From contig JACFMR010000019.1 of NCBI GenBank assembly GCA_019455245.1, positions 10,604 through 74,603 of the forward strand: a stretch of 64,000 nt of DNA. The letters run 5' to 3'. How positions within the stretch are numbered: position 1 is the stretch's first letter; each line of letters opens with the position of its first letter. Positions 11,758 through 21,453 of the stretch are shown one piece after another. A program made the translations under genes and the position numbers. This DNA comes from Opitutaceae bacterium. Its GTDB lineage: Bacteria > Verrucomicrobiota > Verrucomicrobiia > Opitutales > Opitutaceae. Below the pieces are notes generated by a model, which was not told the origin of the DNA, did no database searches, and was given only the letters and a program-made list of their open reading frames with translations.

Positions 11758-12783
11758 ATGCGGGATTATTTCATCCGTCGTTTCTTGCTCATTCCACCCA
11801 CCCTGCTCGGCATCACGTTGATCGTGTTTCTGATCACGCGGGTGGTGCCGGGCGGCCCCTTGGAGCGGGCCATCATGGAAATGCAGCAGGCCGACATGGC
11901 TTCCGGCCGCAGCGCCGGCAGCGGCAGCGGCGGCAACATGGCCATTTCCGAGGAACAGTTGCAGCAGCTCAAGGCCTACTACGGTTTCGACAAGCCCGCC
12001 ATCGTCAGCTACGGCCTCTGGCTCGGCAAGGTGATGACCGGCGACCTTGGCAAATCCTACCGCTACAACGAGCCGGTGTGGGACATCATCCGTGACCGCT
12101 TTCCCGTCTCGCTGTTCTACGGCCTCATCACACTGGTCATCACCTACTCGATCTCGATCCCGCTGGGGATTCTCAAGGCGATCAAGCACCGCACGTTGTT
12201 GGACAACGCCACCTCGGTCTTCATTTTCATGGGCTATGCCGTGCCCGGCTACGTGCTCGGCGCCCTGCTCCTGCTGTTCTTTGCCGCCCGGCTCGAGTGG
12301 TTTCCGATGGGCGGATTCACCAGCTACAATTTCGCCGACCTCACCTTCGGCGGCAAGATCCTCGACCTCGCCCGCCACGCCATCCTGCCGCTCATGTGCT
12401 ATCTCGTCGGCAGCTTCGCGGTCACCACGCTGCTGATGAAGAACCACCTGATGGACAACCTCGCGGCCGACTACATCCGCACGGCCATCGCCAAGGGCGT
12501 GTCCTTCCGTCAGGCCGTGCTGCGCCACGCCCTGCGCAATTCGCTCATCCCCATCGCCACCACCTTCGGCCAGAACATCACGCTGCTCGTCACCGGCTCC
12601 TTCCTCATCGAGACCATTTTCGACATCAACGGCTTCGGCCTGCTGGGCCTGACCTCCATCTTTGACCGCGATTACCCCGTGGTCATGGGCATCATCTTCC
12701 TCGCCAGCCTGCTCCTGCTGCTGGGCAACATCCTGTCCGACGCGCTCGTCGCGCTCGTCGACCCCCGCATCCGTTTCAAATAA
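11758..12783 (+). CDS. ABC transporter permease, YejB/OppB-like
   Basis: MRDYFIRRFLLIPPTLLGITLIVFLITRVVPGGP matches the OppB/YejB N-terminus. Start at ATG 11758 rather than the ORF-track start 11665. Confidence 0.85.
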   Translation: MRDYFIRRFLLIPPTLLGITLIVFLITRVVPGGPLERAIMEMQQADMASGRSAGSGSGGNMAISEEQLQQLKAYYGFDKPAIVSYGLWLGKVMTGDLGKSYRYNEPVWDIIRDRFPVSLFYGLITLVITYSISIPLGILKAIKHRTLLDNATSVFIFMGYAVPGYVLGALLLLFFAARLEWFPMGGFTSYNFADLTFGGKILDLARHAILPLMCYLVGSFAVTTLLMKNHLMDNLAADYIRTAIAKGVSFRQAVLRHALRNSLIPIATTFGQNITLLVTGSFLIETIFDINGFGLLGLTSIFDRDYPVVMGIIFLASLLLLLGNILSDALVALVDPRIRFK

Positions 12784-12798
12784 CGATCCCGCCGCGCA

Positions 12799-13872
12799 AT
12801 GGCCCTCAATCCCCTCACCCTGCGCAAACTCCGCCGCTTCCGGTCCATCCGGCGCGGCTACTGGTCCTTTGTGGTGCTGATGGTGCTGATCGCGGTCTCG
12901 CTGCTCGGCGAACTGCTCGTCAACAACCGCGCCATCCTCGTGCGCCACGAGGGCAAGCTGTATTTCCCGACCTACGGCGCCAACCTGCCCGGCACCACCT
13001 TCGGTTTCGATTACACCTACGAGACCAACTACCGCGACCTGCAGGCGCGCAGCCGCGCGGAAGGCCGGGGCAACTGGGTGCTGCTGCCGCCGGTGCCGTT
13101 CAGCCCCAATGAGAACACGCCCTACCAGGGCGTCTTCAAACCCGCGCCCCCTTCATGGCTCGGCGGTCCCGCCGGCCACCTCCTCGGCACCGACACCACC
13201 GGCCGCGACATCTTCGCGCGACTCTTCTACGGCTTCCGCATCGCCATCTTTTTCGCCCTCGCCTTCATGGCGCTCACCTACCTCGTGGGCATCACCATCG
13301 GCTGCCTCATGGGCTACTACGGCGGCGTGTTCGACCTGATCGTGCAACGCCTGATCGAGATCTGGTCCAACATCCCGTTTCTCTACATGGTGATCATCCT
13401 GTTCTCGGTCATCCCCTCGACCTTCAGCATCCCCGCGCGCATCGGCATGCTGCTCGTCGTCATGGTGCTGTTCTCCTGGACCTCGATGACCTACTACATG
13501 CGCACCGCCACCTACCGCGAGAAGGCGCGCGACTACACCGCCGCCGCCGTCGTGCTCGGCGCCGGGCCGGGCCGGATCATTTTCAACCACATCCTGCCCA
13601 ACACGATTTCCACCATCGTCACCTTCATGCCCTTCACCGTGGTCTCGGCCATCACCGCCGTCACCGCGCTCGACTTCCTCGGCTTCGGCCTGCCGCCGCC
13701 CACGCCCAGCATGGGCGAGCTCCTCAAGCAGGGCACGCAAACCCTGACCACCGCGCCATGGATCGTTTCCAGCGCCTTCTCCGCCCTCGTGTTCATCCTC
13801 GTTCTCGTCACCTTCATCGGCGAGGCCGTGCGCGAGGCCTTTGACCCCAAGAAATTCACCACTTACCAATAA
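12799..13872 (+). CDS. ABC transporter permease, YejE/OppC-like
   Basis: Binding-protein-dependent transport inner-membrane component. LLGTDTTGRDIFARLFYGFRIA is typical of OppC/YejE. Confidence 0.85.
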   Translation: MALNPLTLRKLRRFRSIRRGYWSFVVLMVLIAVSLLGELLVNNRAILVRHEGKLYFPTYGANLPGTTFGFDYTYETNYRDLQARSRAEGRGNWVLLPPVPFSPNENTPYQGVFKPAPPSWLGGPAGHLLGTDTTGRDIFARLFYGFRIAIFFALAFMALTYLVGITIGCLMGYYGGVFDLIVQRLIEIWSNIPFLYMVIILFSVIPSTFSIPARIGMLLVVMVLFSWTSMTYYMRTATYREKARDYTAAAVVLGAGPGRIIFNHILPNTISTIVTFMPFTVVSAITAVTALDFLGFGLPPPTPSMGELLKQGTQTLTTAPWIVSSAFSALVFILVLVTFIGEAVREAFDPKKFTTYQ

Positions 13873-13876
13873 TCCC

Positions 13877-15862
13877 ATGCCGCCACTGAAATTCATCCGC
13901 CCGGTCCTCGCCTGCCTGTTCGGCGCCGGCCTGCTCGTCCTGAGCGCCTGCAGCCCCAAGCCGTCCGAGGACACCACCCCGCAAAAGGATGCCCGCGACG
14001 AGGCCAAGGCTTTCTACGCCGCGAATCCCGATTTCTTCCACTTCAAGACCCCGGCCGATCTCCCGGCCGATCTCAAGTGGGACGACGGCATGGACCTCCC
14101 CGAATTCTCCTCCCCCGAGGCCAAGCGCGGCGGCACGCTTTACTTCTGGATTCCCGATTTCCCGCGCACGCTGCGCACCGTCGGCCCCGATTCCAACGGC
14201 AGCTTCCGCCCGTGGATTCTCGACGACAATGCCATGTCCTACGGCCTGCGCCATCCGAACCTCACCGATCTCACCCCCGACGGCTTCCACTATTATCCCG
14301 GCCTCGCCGAACGCTGGGCGCTCGATCGCGAAAACAAAACCGTTTACATCCGCATCAACCCCGCCGCGCGCTGGTCCGACGGCAAACCCATCACGACCGA
14401 CGACGTGATGTTCACCTATTTCTTCTACCGCACCAGCTACATCAAGGCGCCGTGGTACAACAATTTTTACAGCACCAAATACGCCGGCGTCACCCGCTAC
14501 GACGAACACACCTTTGCCCTCCACTTCCCCGAGCTGCGGCCAGACATCCTTTCGCTCGCCCTCGGCAGCACGCCCGTGCCGTCGCATTTCTACACCGAGC
14601 TCGGCGACGACTTTCCCGAACGTTACCAGTGGCGTTTCGCCCCGACCAGCGGCGCCTACACCGTGCTGCCCGAAAACATCGACAAGGGCCGCGCCATCAC
14701 CCTCACCCGCGTCAAGGACTGGTGGGCGCAGGACCTGAAATTCTGGCGCCACCGCTTCAACCCCGAACGCATCCGCCTCACCGTCATCCGCGACACGGCC
14801 AAGGCCTTCGAGGCCTTCCGCAAGGGCGACCTCGACTGGTTCAACCTCGCGCTCGCCGAATACTGGTATGACAAGCTGCCCGACGACGCCCCCGAGGTGA
14901 AGGCCGGCTACATCCACAAGCTGAAATTCTACAACGACATCCCCCGCCCGACCTACGGCCTGTGGATGAACACCGCCAAACCCCTCGTCAACAACCGCGA
15001 CATCCGCATCGGCATCCAATACGCGATGAACTGGGAGCTGGTGATCGCCAAGTTCTCCCGCGGTGACTGGAGTCGCATGCAGACCACGTCCGACGGTTAC
15101 GGCGAATTCACCCACCCGACCCTGCGCTCACGCACCTACTCCATTGACAAGGCGCTCGAGAGTTTCGCCAAGGCCGGGTTCACCAAGCGCGGCACCGACG
15201 GCATCCTCGTCAACGACGCCGGCCAGCGCCTCTCCATCCAGGTCAGCTCCGGTTACGAAAACCTGAAGGACGTGCTCACCATCCTGCAGGAGGAGGCCAC
15301 CAAGGCCGGACTTGAGCTGCGAATCGAAATCCTCGACAGCACCGCGGGATGGAAAAAGGTGCAGGAAAAAAACCACGAGATCCACTTCTCGGCCTTCAAC
15401 GTCGGCCCCGAGATGTTTCCCCGTTACTGGGAGACCTACCACTCCGCCAACGCTTACGACCAAGCCTTTCTGCCCGACGGCTCCGTCAATCCCGACCGCC
15501 AGCCCAAACCCCAGACCAACAACTTGGAAACCATCGCGCTGCCCGAACTGGACCGCCTGATCGACACCTACGACCGCTCCACCGATTTGCAGGAAATGAA
15601 GAAACTCGCGTTCCAGATGGAGGAACTCCTCTACGAACACGCCTCCTTCAGCCCGGGTTTCATCCTGCCGTTCATCCGCACCGGCACCTGGCGCTGGGTC
15701 GGCGTGCCCGACGAGGGCAACGTCCGGATCGCCAGCACCTTCAACGAATACTCGCTCTATTGGATCGACGAGGAAGCCCGCAAGGAAACCCAGGCCGCAC
15801 GCAAGTCCGGCCAGACCTTCCCCGCCGGGCTGCGGGTTTTCGACCAATACAAGCAGGAGTAA
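13877..15862 (+). CDS. ABC transporter substrate-binding lipoprotein, family 5 (YejA/OppA-like)
   Basis: Lipobox LLVLSAC after ATG 13877. ~660 aa, size and order fit the SBP of the flanking permease/ATPase genes. Confidence 0.8.
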   Translation: MPPLKFIRPVLACLFGAGLLVLSACSPKPSEDTTPQKDARDEAKAFYAANPDFFHFKTPADLPADLKWDDGMDLPEFSSPEAKRGGTLYFWIPDFPRTLRTVGPDSNGSFRPWILDDNAMSYGLRHPNLTDLTPDGFHYYPGLAERWALDRENKTVYIRINPAARWSDGKPITTDDVMFTYFFYRTSYIKAPWYNNFYSTKYAGVTRYDEHTFALHFPELRPDILSLALGSTPVPSHFYTELGDDFPERYQWRFAPTSGAYTVLPENIDKGRAITLTRVKDWWAQDLKFWRHRFNPERIRLTVIRDTAKAFEAFRKGDLDWFNLALAEYWYDKLPDDAPEVKAGYIHKLKFYNDIPRPTYGLWMNTAKPLVNNRDIRIGIQYAMNWELVIAKFSRGDWSRMQTTSDGYGEFTHPTLRSRTYSIDKALESFAKAGFTKRGTDGILVNDAGQRLSIQVSSGYENLKDVLTILQEEATKAGLELRIEILDSTAGWKKVQEKNHEIHFSAFNVGPEMFPRYWETYHSANAYDQAFLPDGSVNPDRQPKPQTNNLETIALPELDRLIDTYDRSTDLQEMKKLAFQMEELLYEHASFSPGFILPFIRTGTWRWVGVPDEGNVRIASTFNEYSLYWIDEEARKETQAARKSGQTFPAGLRVFDQYKQE

Positions 15863-15868
15863 CGCTGC

Positions 15869-16885
15869 GTGTCCGCCCCGCTCCACGACCACGCCTCCGC
15901 CGCCCCGGTGCTGGAGGTTCGTGACCTGATCACGACATTCGACACCGACGGCGGCCGCCTGACCGCGGTCGACGGCGTCAGCTTTCAGGTCCGCCGCGGC
16001 CGCACCCTTGGCATCGTCGGCGAATCCGGTTGCGGCAAAAGCGTCACCGCCTTCTCCATCATGCGCCTGCTGCCGCAGCCCATGGGCCGCATTCAGGGCG
16101 GACGCATCCTGTTCGACGGCCTCGACCTCGCCACCGCCCCGGCGGAAAAAATGCTCCAGATCCGTGGCGGCCGCATCGGCATGATCTTCCAGGAACCGAT
16201 GACCGCGCTCAATCCCGTCCACACCATCGGCCGGCAGTTGAGCGAGGTATTTCTGCTCCATCGCACGCAGGACAAACGCGCCGCGCTGGAGATGTCCGTC
16301 GAGATCCTGCGCAAGGTCGGCATTCCCTCGCCCGAGGTGCGGGTCGGCGAATACCCGCACCAACTCTCCGGCGGCATGCGCCAACGCGTCGTGATCGCCA
16401 TGGCCCTCGCCTGCAAACCCGACCTCGTCATCGCCGACGAGCCGACCACCGCCCTCGATGTCACCATCCAGGCGCAGATTCTTGAGCTCATGCAGGAGCT
16501 GCAGGACGAGATGGGCATGGCCATCATCCTCATCACCCACGACCTCGGCGTCATCGCCGAGATGTGCGATGACGTCGTGGTGATGTATGCCGGCCAGGTC
16601 GCCGAGATGGGTACGGTGGAACGCATCTTCAACGCCCCCGCCCACCCCTACACCCGCGGCCTGCTCGAATCGATTCCCCGGCTCGAGCACGAGCGCAAGA
16701 CCCGCCTCAAGATCATCGAGGGCATGGTCCCTTCATTGGCCGACATGCCCGCCGGTTGCCGCTTCCAGAACCGTTGTCCTTACCGCACCGAAATCTGCAA
16801 CCGGGCGCCCGCGCTCGAAACCGTCGGCACCGATCATCAGGCCGCCTGCCACCGCTGGCGCGAACTCCCCTCCTTCAACGCATGA
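15869..16885 (+). CDS. ABC transporter ATP-binding protein (OppD/DppD-like)
   Basis: Walker A GESGCGKS, signature LSGGMRQR, Walker [14 protein letters not shown]-terminal oligopeptide-type Cys motif. GTG start. Confidence 0.9.
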   Translation: MSAPLHDHASAAPVLEVRDLITTFDTDGGRLTAVDGVSFQVRRGRTLGIVGESGCGKSVTAFSIMRLLPQPMGRIQGGRILFDGLDLATAPAEKMLQIRGGRIGMIFQEPMTALNPVHTIGRQLSEVFLLHRTQDKRAALEMSVEILRKVGIPSPEVRVGEYPHQLSGGMRQRVVIAMALACKPDLVIADEPTTALDVTIQAQILELMQELQDEMGMAIILITHDLGVIAEMCDDVVVMYAGQVAEMGTVERIFNAPAHPYTRGLLESIPRLEHERKTRLKIIEGMVPSLADMPAGCRFQNRCPYRTEICNRAPALETVGTDHQAACHRWRELPSFNA

Positions 16886-17874
16886 GCGCTCCCGTCTCCC
16901 CTTCCGCCGCGCCCCTGCTCGAGATCCGCGACCTGCAGATGCACTTCCCCGTGCGCGAGGGCGTTTTGCTGCGCGCCCGCAAAAGCTGCCGGGCGGTCGA
17001 CGGCGTCAACCTCAACGTTGCCCCCGGTGAGACCCTCGGCCTCGTCGGCGAATCCGGCTGCGGCAAATCCACGCTCGGCAAATGCATCGTCCGCCTGCAC
17101 CAGCCCACCGCCGGCCAGATCATTTTTCAGGGCCAGGACCTCGCCCATGAACGCGGTGCCGCCCTCAAGGCCCATCGCCGGCAGTTGCAGATGATCTTCC
17201 AGGACCCCGTCGAATCGCTCAATTCGCGGCACACCGTCGGCGACATCGTGGCCGAGCCCTTTGTCATCCACAAAATGGGCGACGCAGCCTGGCGCCGCCA
17301 ACGCGTGGGCGAACTGCTCGCGAAGGTCGGCCTGCCCGCCAACGCCGCCGAGCGTTTCCCTTTTGAATTCTCCGGCGGCCAGCGCCAGCGCATCGGCATC
17401 GCCCGCGCCATCGCGCTCGAGCCGAAATTGATCGTCTGCGACGAGCCGGTGAGCGCGCTCGACGTCTCGATCCAGAGCCAGGTGCTCAACCTCATGCTGG
17501 ACCTCCAGCGCGAGATGGGCCTCAGCTACGTGTTCATCGCCCACAACCTCGCGGTGGTGAAACACGTCTCCGACCGCATCGCCATCATGTATCTCGGCCG
17601 CATCGTCGAGCTGGCCGATGCCGACACCATTTACCGCGCCCCGCGCCACCCCTACACCCGCGCGCTGATCTCCGCCATTCCGAATCCCCATCCGGCGCGG
17701 AAGAAACAGCGCATCGTGCTGCAGGGCGACGTGCCTTCGCCGATCAATCCACCCTCCGGCTGCCCGTTTCACCCGCGCTGCCCGCATGCCACCGACCGCT
17801 GCAAGGTCGAGGTGCCCGCCCTGCGCTCCGCCGGCGAGACCGGCCAGCAAGTCGCCTGCCATTACGATTTGTAG
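16882..17874 (+). CDS. ABC transporter ATP-binding protein (OppF/DppF-like)
   Basis: Walker [33 protein letters not shown] 16882 overlaps the previous stop (ATGA). Confidence 0.9.
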   Translation: MSAPVSPSAAPLLEIRDLQMHFPVREGVLLRARKSCRAVDGVNLNVAPGETLGLVGESGCGKSTLGKCIVRLHQPTAGQIIFQGQDLAHERGAALKAHRRQLQMIFQDPVESLNSRHTVGDIVAEPFVIHKMGDAAWRRQRVGELLAKVGLPANAAERFPFEFSGGQRQRIGIARAIALEPKLIVCDEPVSALDVSIQSQVLNLMLDLQREMGLSYVFIAHNLAVVKHVSDRIAIMYLGRIVELADADTIYRAPRHPYTRALISAIPNPHPARKKQRIVLQGDVPSPINPPSGCPFHPRCPHATDRCKVEVPALRSAGETGQQVACHYDL

Positions 17875-18107
17875 GCCCCGGGCACACCGGATTTTGCGCA
17901 AAAAAATCCGGGCAAGACCGCAAGAAATGCGAAGCCACAAAGCCGGCTTTGTGTCATACTGAACGCTGTCACGAAACCTGCCGGACACCATCCCCGTGCA
18001 CCGCAGCCCTTCGTCGCGACGAAGGACCCGGGCTATCCGCGGCACCCGTCTGAGGCCGGACCATTCTTTTCGTTGGCACGCTTGGGCAACCTCAACCCCA
18101 CCCCGTC

Positions 18108-19535
18108 ATGAACCTCGCTCTCATCGGCCCCTCGGGCGCCGGCAAAGGCACCCACATCGCCGCCCTCTGCGCCCGCTACAAACTCCGCCATGTCGCCACC
18201 GGTGATTTGTTCCGTGAACACCTGCAGACGCGCACCGCCCTCGGCATCCTCGCCCGCAGCTACATGGAACAGGGCGAACTCGTGCCCGATGAAATCGTCG
18301 ATGCCATCGTCGAGGAGTGGGTTGAGCAGCATCCCGCGGCCGAGGGCATCCTGTTCGACGGCTTTCCGCGCACCGTTTGTCAGGCCCGGTTTCTCGACAC
18401 GTTGCTGGCAACCCACCACCAGCCGTTCGACGCCGTCATCTACCTGCGGGTGCCGGACGACGAGATCATGCGCCGCGTGTCCGGCCGGCTGATCTGCGCC
18501 CGTTGCCAAGCCTCGTGGCACCGCACCCTGCATGCGCCCAAGGCGGACGGCGTGTGCGATCTTTGCGGCGGCGAACTGCTGCCCCGCGCCGACGACATCC
18601 CCGCCCTCATCGCGGCCCGGTTGCGCGTCTTCCACCGCACCGTCGGTCCCGTGCTCGAACATTACGCCGATGCCCGCAAGCTCGCCGTCATCGACGGCAA
18701 CGGCCCGACCCCCGCCGTCGAAGCCCGGCTCTTCGAATTCGTCTCCGCCGTCGAACTCGGCCTCGCCACTTTCACCACCCGCGCCCAGGCCGCGCCGGTC
18801 ATCGCCGCCGAACGCATCGAGCAACTGCCCGCCAAACTCGCCCGCCCCAGCCTCGATCTCGTGCTGCTCGGCGGTCCCGGCTCCGGCAAGGGCACCCAGG
18901 CCGAGCGCATCTGCGCCGAGCTCGGCCTGCCCCACATCGCGACCGGCGATCTCTTCCGGGAAAACCTGAAACAAAACACCGAGCTGGGCCGCCTCGCCCG
19001 CACCTACATGGACCGCGGCGAGCTGGTGCCCGACGATGTCACCGAAGCCATGGTCGCCGAGCGCCTTGACCGGCCCGACACGCAAAACGGATTCGTGCTC
19101 GACGGTTTTCCGCGCACCCTGCCGCAGGCCTCGGCCCTGATGGACCTCACCGCCAAGCTGCACCGGCGCATCGCCGGCGTGCTCTATATCAAGGTTTCCG
19201 ACGAGGCCATCATCGGCCGGCTCTCCGGCCGGCTCATCTGCCGCCAATGCCAGGCTCCGTATCACCTGCAGTTCAAACCACCGCAGCGCGCCGGCATTTG
19301 TGACACCTGTGGCGGCGAGCTCTACCAGCGGGCCGATGACAATCCCAACACCGTGCGCGCCCGCCTCGCCACCTTCCACCAGCAGACGGAACCGCTGATC
19401 TCATTCTACCGCCGCGCGGAACTGCTCCACGAAATCGACGGCGAGGGCGACCTCGGCGCCATATCCGCCCGTTGCCTCGAAGCCATCCGCCACTTCACCC
19501 CGGCCGGCCGCTCCCGCCAGCCCCTCGGCTCCTGA
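18108..19535 (+). CDS. adk: fused tandem adenylate kinase (two complete Adk modules)
   Basis: Module 1: GPSGAGKGT, TGDLFRE, GELVPDE, DGFPRT, CARC..CDLC, RADD. Module 2: GGPGSGKGTQ, TGDLFRE, GELVPDD, DGFPRT, CRQC..CDTC, RADD. ~35-aa linker. Confidence 0.9.
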   Translation: MNLALIGPSGAGKGTHIAALCARYKLRHVATGDLFREHLQTRTALGILARSYMEQGELVPDEIVDAIVEEWVEQHPAAEGILFDGFPRTVCQARFLDTLLATHHQPFDAVIYLRVPDDEIMRRVSGRLICARCQASWHRTLHAPKADGVCDLCGGELLPRADDIPALIAARLRVFHRTVGPVLEHYADARKLAVIDGNGPTPAVEARLFEFVSAVELGLATFTTRAQAAPVIAAERIEQLPAKLARPSLDLVLLGGPGSGKGTQAERICAELGLPHIATGDLFRENLKQNTELGRLARTYMDRGELVPDDVTEAMVAERLDRPDTQNGFVLDGFPRTLPQASALMDLTAKLHRRIAGVLYIKVSDEAIIGRLSGRLICRQCQAPYHLQFKPPQRAGICDTCGGELYQRADDNPNTVRARLATFHQQTEPLISFYRRAELLHEIDGEGDLGAISARCLEAIRHFTPAGRSRQPLGS

Positions 19536-19572
19536 GTTTCCCCCTGCTCCGCCTCCTCAACCCCCGCCCGCC

Positions 19573-21078
19573 ATGTTCACCCAAGCCGAACTCGGTCGCT
19601 CCCTCAGTCCCGCGCGCTACGATGCGCTCATTCCCAAGCTGCGCACCGACCTGCTCAACGCGCACTTTCAGCTCCGCCACTGCAAGTTTCCCGTCATCGT
19701 GATCGTCTCCGGCGCCGACGGCGCCGGCAAGGGCGAGCTGGTCCACCGGCTCAACGAATGGCTCGATCCCCGCGGGGTGGGCACACATGCGTTTTGGGAC
19801 ACCAGCGACGAGGAGAAGGAGCGCCCGCCTTACTGGCGCTTCTGGCGCGCCCTGCCCGCCCGCGGACGCATCGGCATTCTCTTCGGCTCGTGGTATACCG
19901 AGCCGATCATCCGCCGCGTCGGCCACAAGCTCAAACGCAAGCCGTTCGAGGAGGAACTCCGGCAGATCGTCGCCTTCGAGCACATGCTGGCCGCCGAGGG
20001 CGCGCTCATCCTCAAACTCTGGCTGCACCTGCCCAAGGCCGCGCAGAAGGCGCGCCTGTGCAAACTCGAACGCTCCAATCGGATCGGTCCCGACGACTGG
20101 AAGCATTTCAAGCACTACGACCGCTTCATCAAGGTCTGCGATCACGCCCTGCGCGTGACCGGCAGGCCCGACGCCCCCTGGCACGTCATCGAGGCCACCG
20201 ACCGCCGCCACCGCGAACACACCGCCGGCCGCCTGCTGCTCGACGCCATCACCGCCCGGCTCAAGGCCGCGGCCAACGCCACCCCGGCCCAACCGGCCGC
20301 CGCCACCGCGCCCCAGCCGGCCGCCGCCACCGCGGCTCCTGCGGTCAAATCAACTGTGCGCCGCAAACGCACCGTGCTCGACCAGGTGGATCTCACCCAA
20401 AAGCTCACCAACCGCGAATACGAACGGCAGCTCAAGGCCGCGCAGTCGCAGCTCGCCAAGCTCGCCTGGGCGGCGCGCGAGGCCAAGGTGTCCACCATGC
20501 TCGTCTTCGAGGGCTGGGACGCCGGCGGCAAGGGCAGCGCCATCCGCCGCGTGACCCAGGCCATGGATCCCCGGCTCTACCGCGTGGTCGGCATCGCCGC
20601 ACCCACCGAGGAGGAACGCGCCCAACACTACCTCTGGCGTTTCTGGCGGCATCTGCCGCGCGCCGGCAATGTGTTGATCTTTGACCGCTCCTGGTATGGC
20701 CGTGTGCTCGTCGAGCGCGTCGAAGGTTTCGCCACCCCCGAGCAATGGAGCCGGGCGTATGCCGAGATCAACGACTTTGAGGCCCAGCTGGCCGCGCCTG
20801 GCAACATCGTGCACAAGTTCTGGATCCACATCAGCCCCGAGGAACAGCTGCGGCGCTTCAAGGAACGCCAGACCGTCGCCTACAAACAATACAAGATCAC
20901 CGACGAGGACTGGCGCAACCGCGAGAAATGGCCCGTCTACCTCGCCGCGGTCAACGACATGGTCACCCGCTGCCACACCCCGGCCGCCCCCTGGACCCTG
21001 GTGTCGGGCAACGACAAAAAATACGCCCGCGTGCAGATCCTCCGCACCTTGGTCGAACGCCTCGAAGCCGTGCTCTGA
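19573..21078 (+). CDS. ppk2: two-domain polyphosphate kinase 2 (polyphosphate:AMP phosphotransferase type)
   Basis: 501 aa with two PPK2 modules (VSGADGAGKGE... and FEGWDAGGKGS..., each followed by a WRFWR.LP motif). 37 nt downstream of the tandem adk. Confidence 0.85.
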   Translation: MFTQAELGRSLSPARYDALIPKLRTDLLNAHFQLRHCKFPVIVIVSGADGAGKGELVHRLNEWLDPRGVGTHAFWDTSDEEKERPPYWRFWRALPARGRIGILFGSWYTEPIIRRVGHKLKRKPFEEELRQIVAFEHMLAAEGALILKLWLHLPKAAQKARLCKLERSNRIGPDDWKHFKHYDRFIKVCDHALRVTGRPDAPWHVIEATDRRHREHTAGRLLLDAITARLKAAANATPAQPAAATAPQPAAATAAPAVKSTVRRKRTVLDQVDLTQKLTNREYERQLKAAQSQLAKLAWAAREAKVSTMLVFEGWDAGGKGSAIRRVTQAMDPRLYRVVGIAAPTEEERAQHYLWRFWRHLPRAGNVLIFDRSWYGRVLVERVEGFATPEQWSRAYAEINDFEAQLAAPGNIVHKFWIHISPEEQLRRFKERQTVAYKQYKITDEDWRNREKWPVYLAAVNDMVTRCHTPAAPWTLVSGNDKKYARVQILRTLVERLEAVL

Positions 21079-21099
21079 ACCGCCGGGCCACAAGGTGGT

Positions 21100-21119
21100 G
21101 CGCGTTGCCCTCAACGCGC
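21100..21119 (+). repeat. CCCT-loop hairpin (family copy 1), 3' of ppk2
   Basis: GCGCGTTG-CCCT-CAACGCGC, perfect 8-bp stem, 22 nt after the stop codon. Confidence 0.7.
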
Positions 21120-21165
21120 AAGCTGGGCCAAATTCAACCACCGGTTTCGAGCGGATAAGCCGAAT

Positions 21166-21228
21166 TGTAGCTGCGTTGGCCGTGCCCTTCGCAGGCTTGG
21201 CGAAGGAGGGAGCGAAGCGACAACGTGG
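21166..21228. repeat. 63-nt intergenic repeat, copy A
   Basis: TGTAGCTGCGTTGGCCGTGCCCTTCGCAGGCTTGGCGAAGGAGGGAGC...CGTGG. About 53/63 identical to 39680..39742 by hand alignment. Contains a CCTTCGC/GCGAAGG stem. Confidence 0.7.
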
Positions 21229-21453
21229 CATCTCCACGCTCAACCTTGGCCGCCGGAAGCCACCTTGTCGTTGCGCTCCAAGGCAGCCACGATCATGCTG
21301 CCGTGGCTCCAGCGCCGTGGCCATGACGGCCTGAACGGAACCCATCCGTTTGGTTTGTTCTCAACTTTGACTGGCGCCCGATCGGCGGTTTCCACATTCG
21401 TCGCGGATGAAATTTAACCCAACGTCCCGCATCCATCCGGGCTTCATCCGCCC

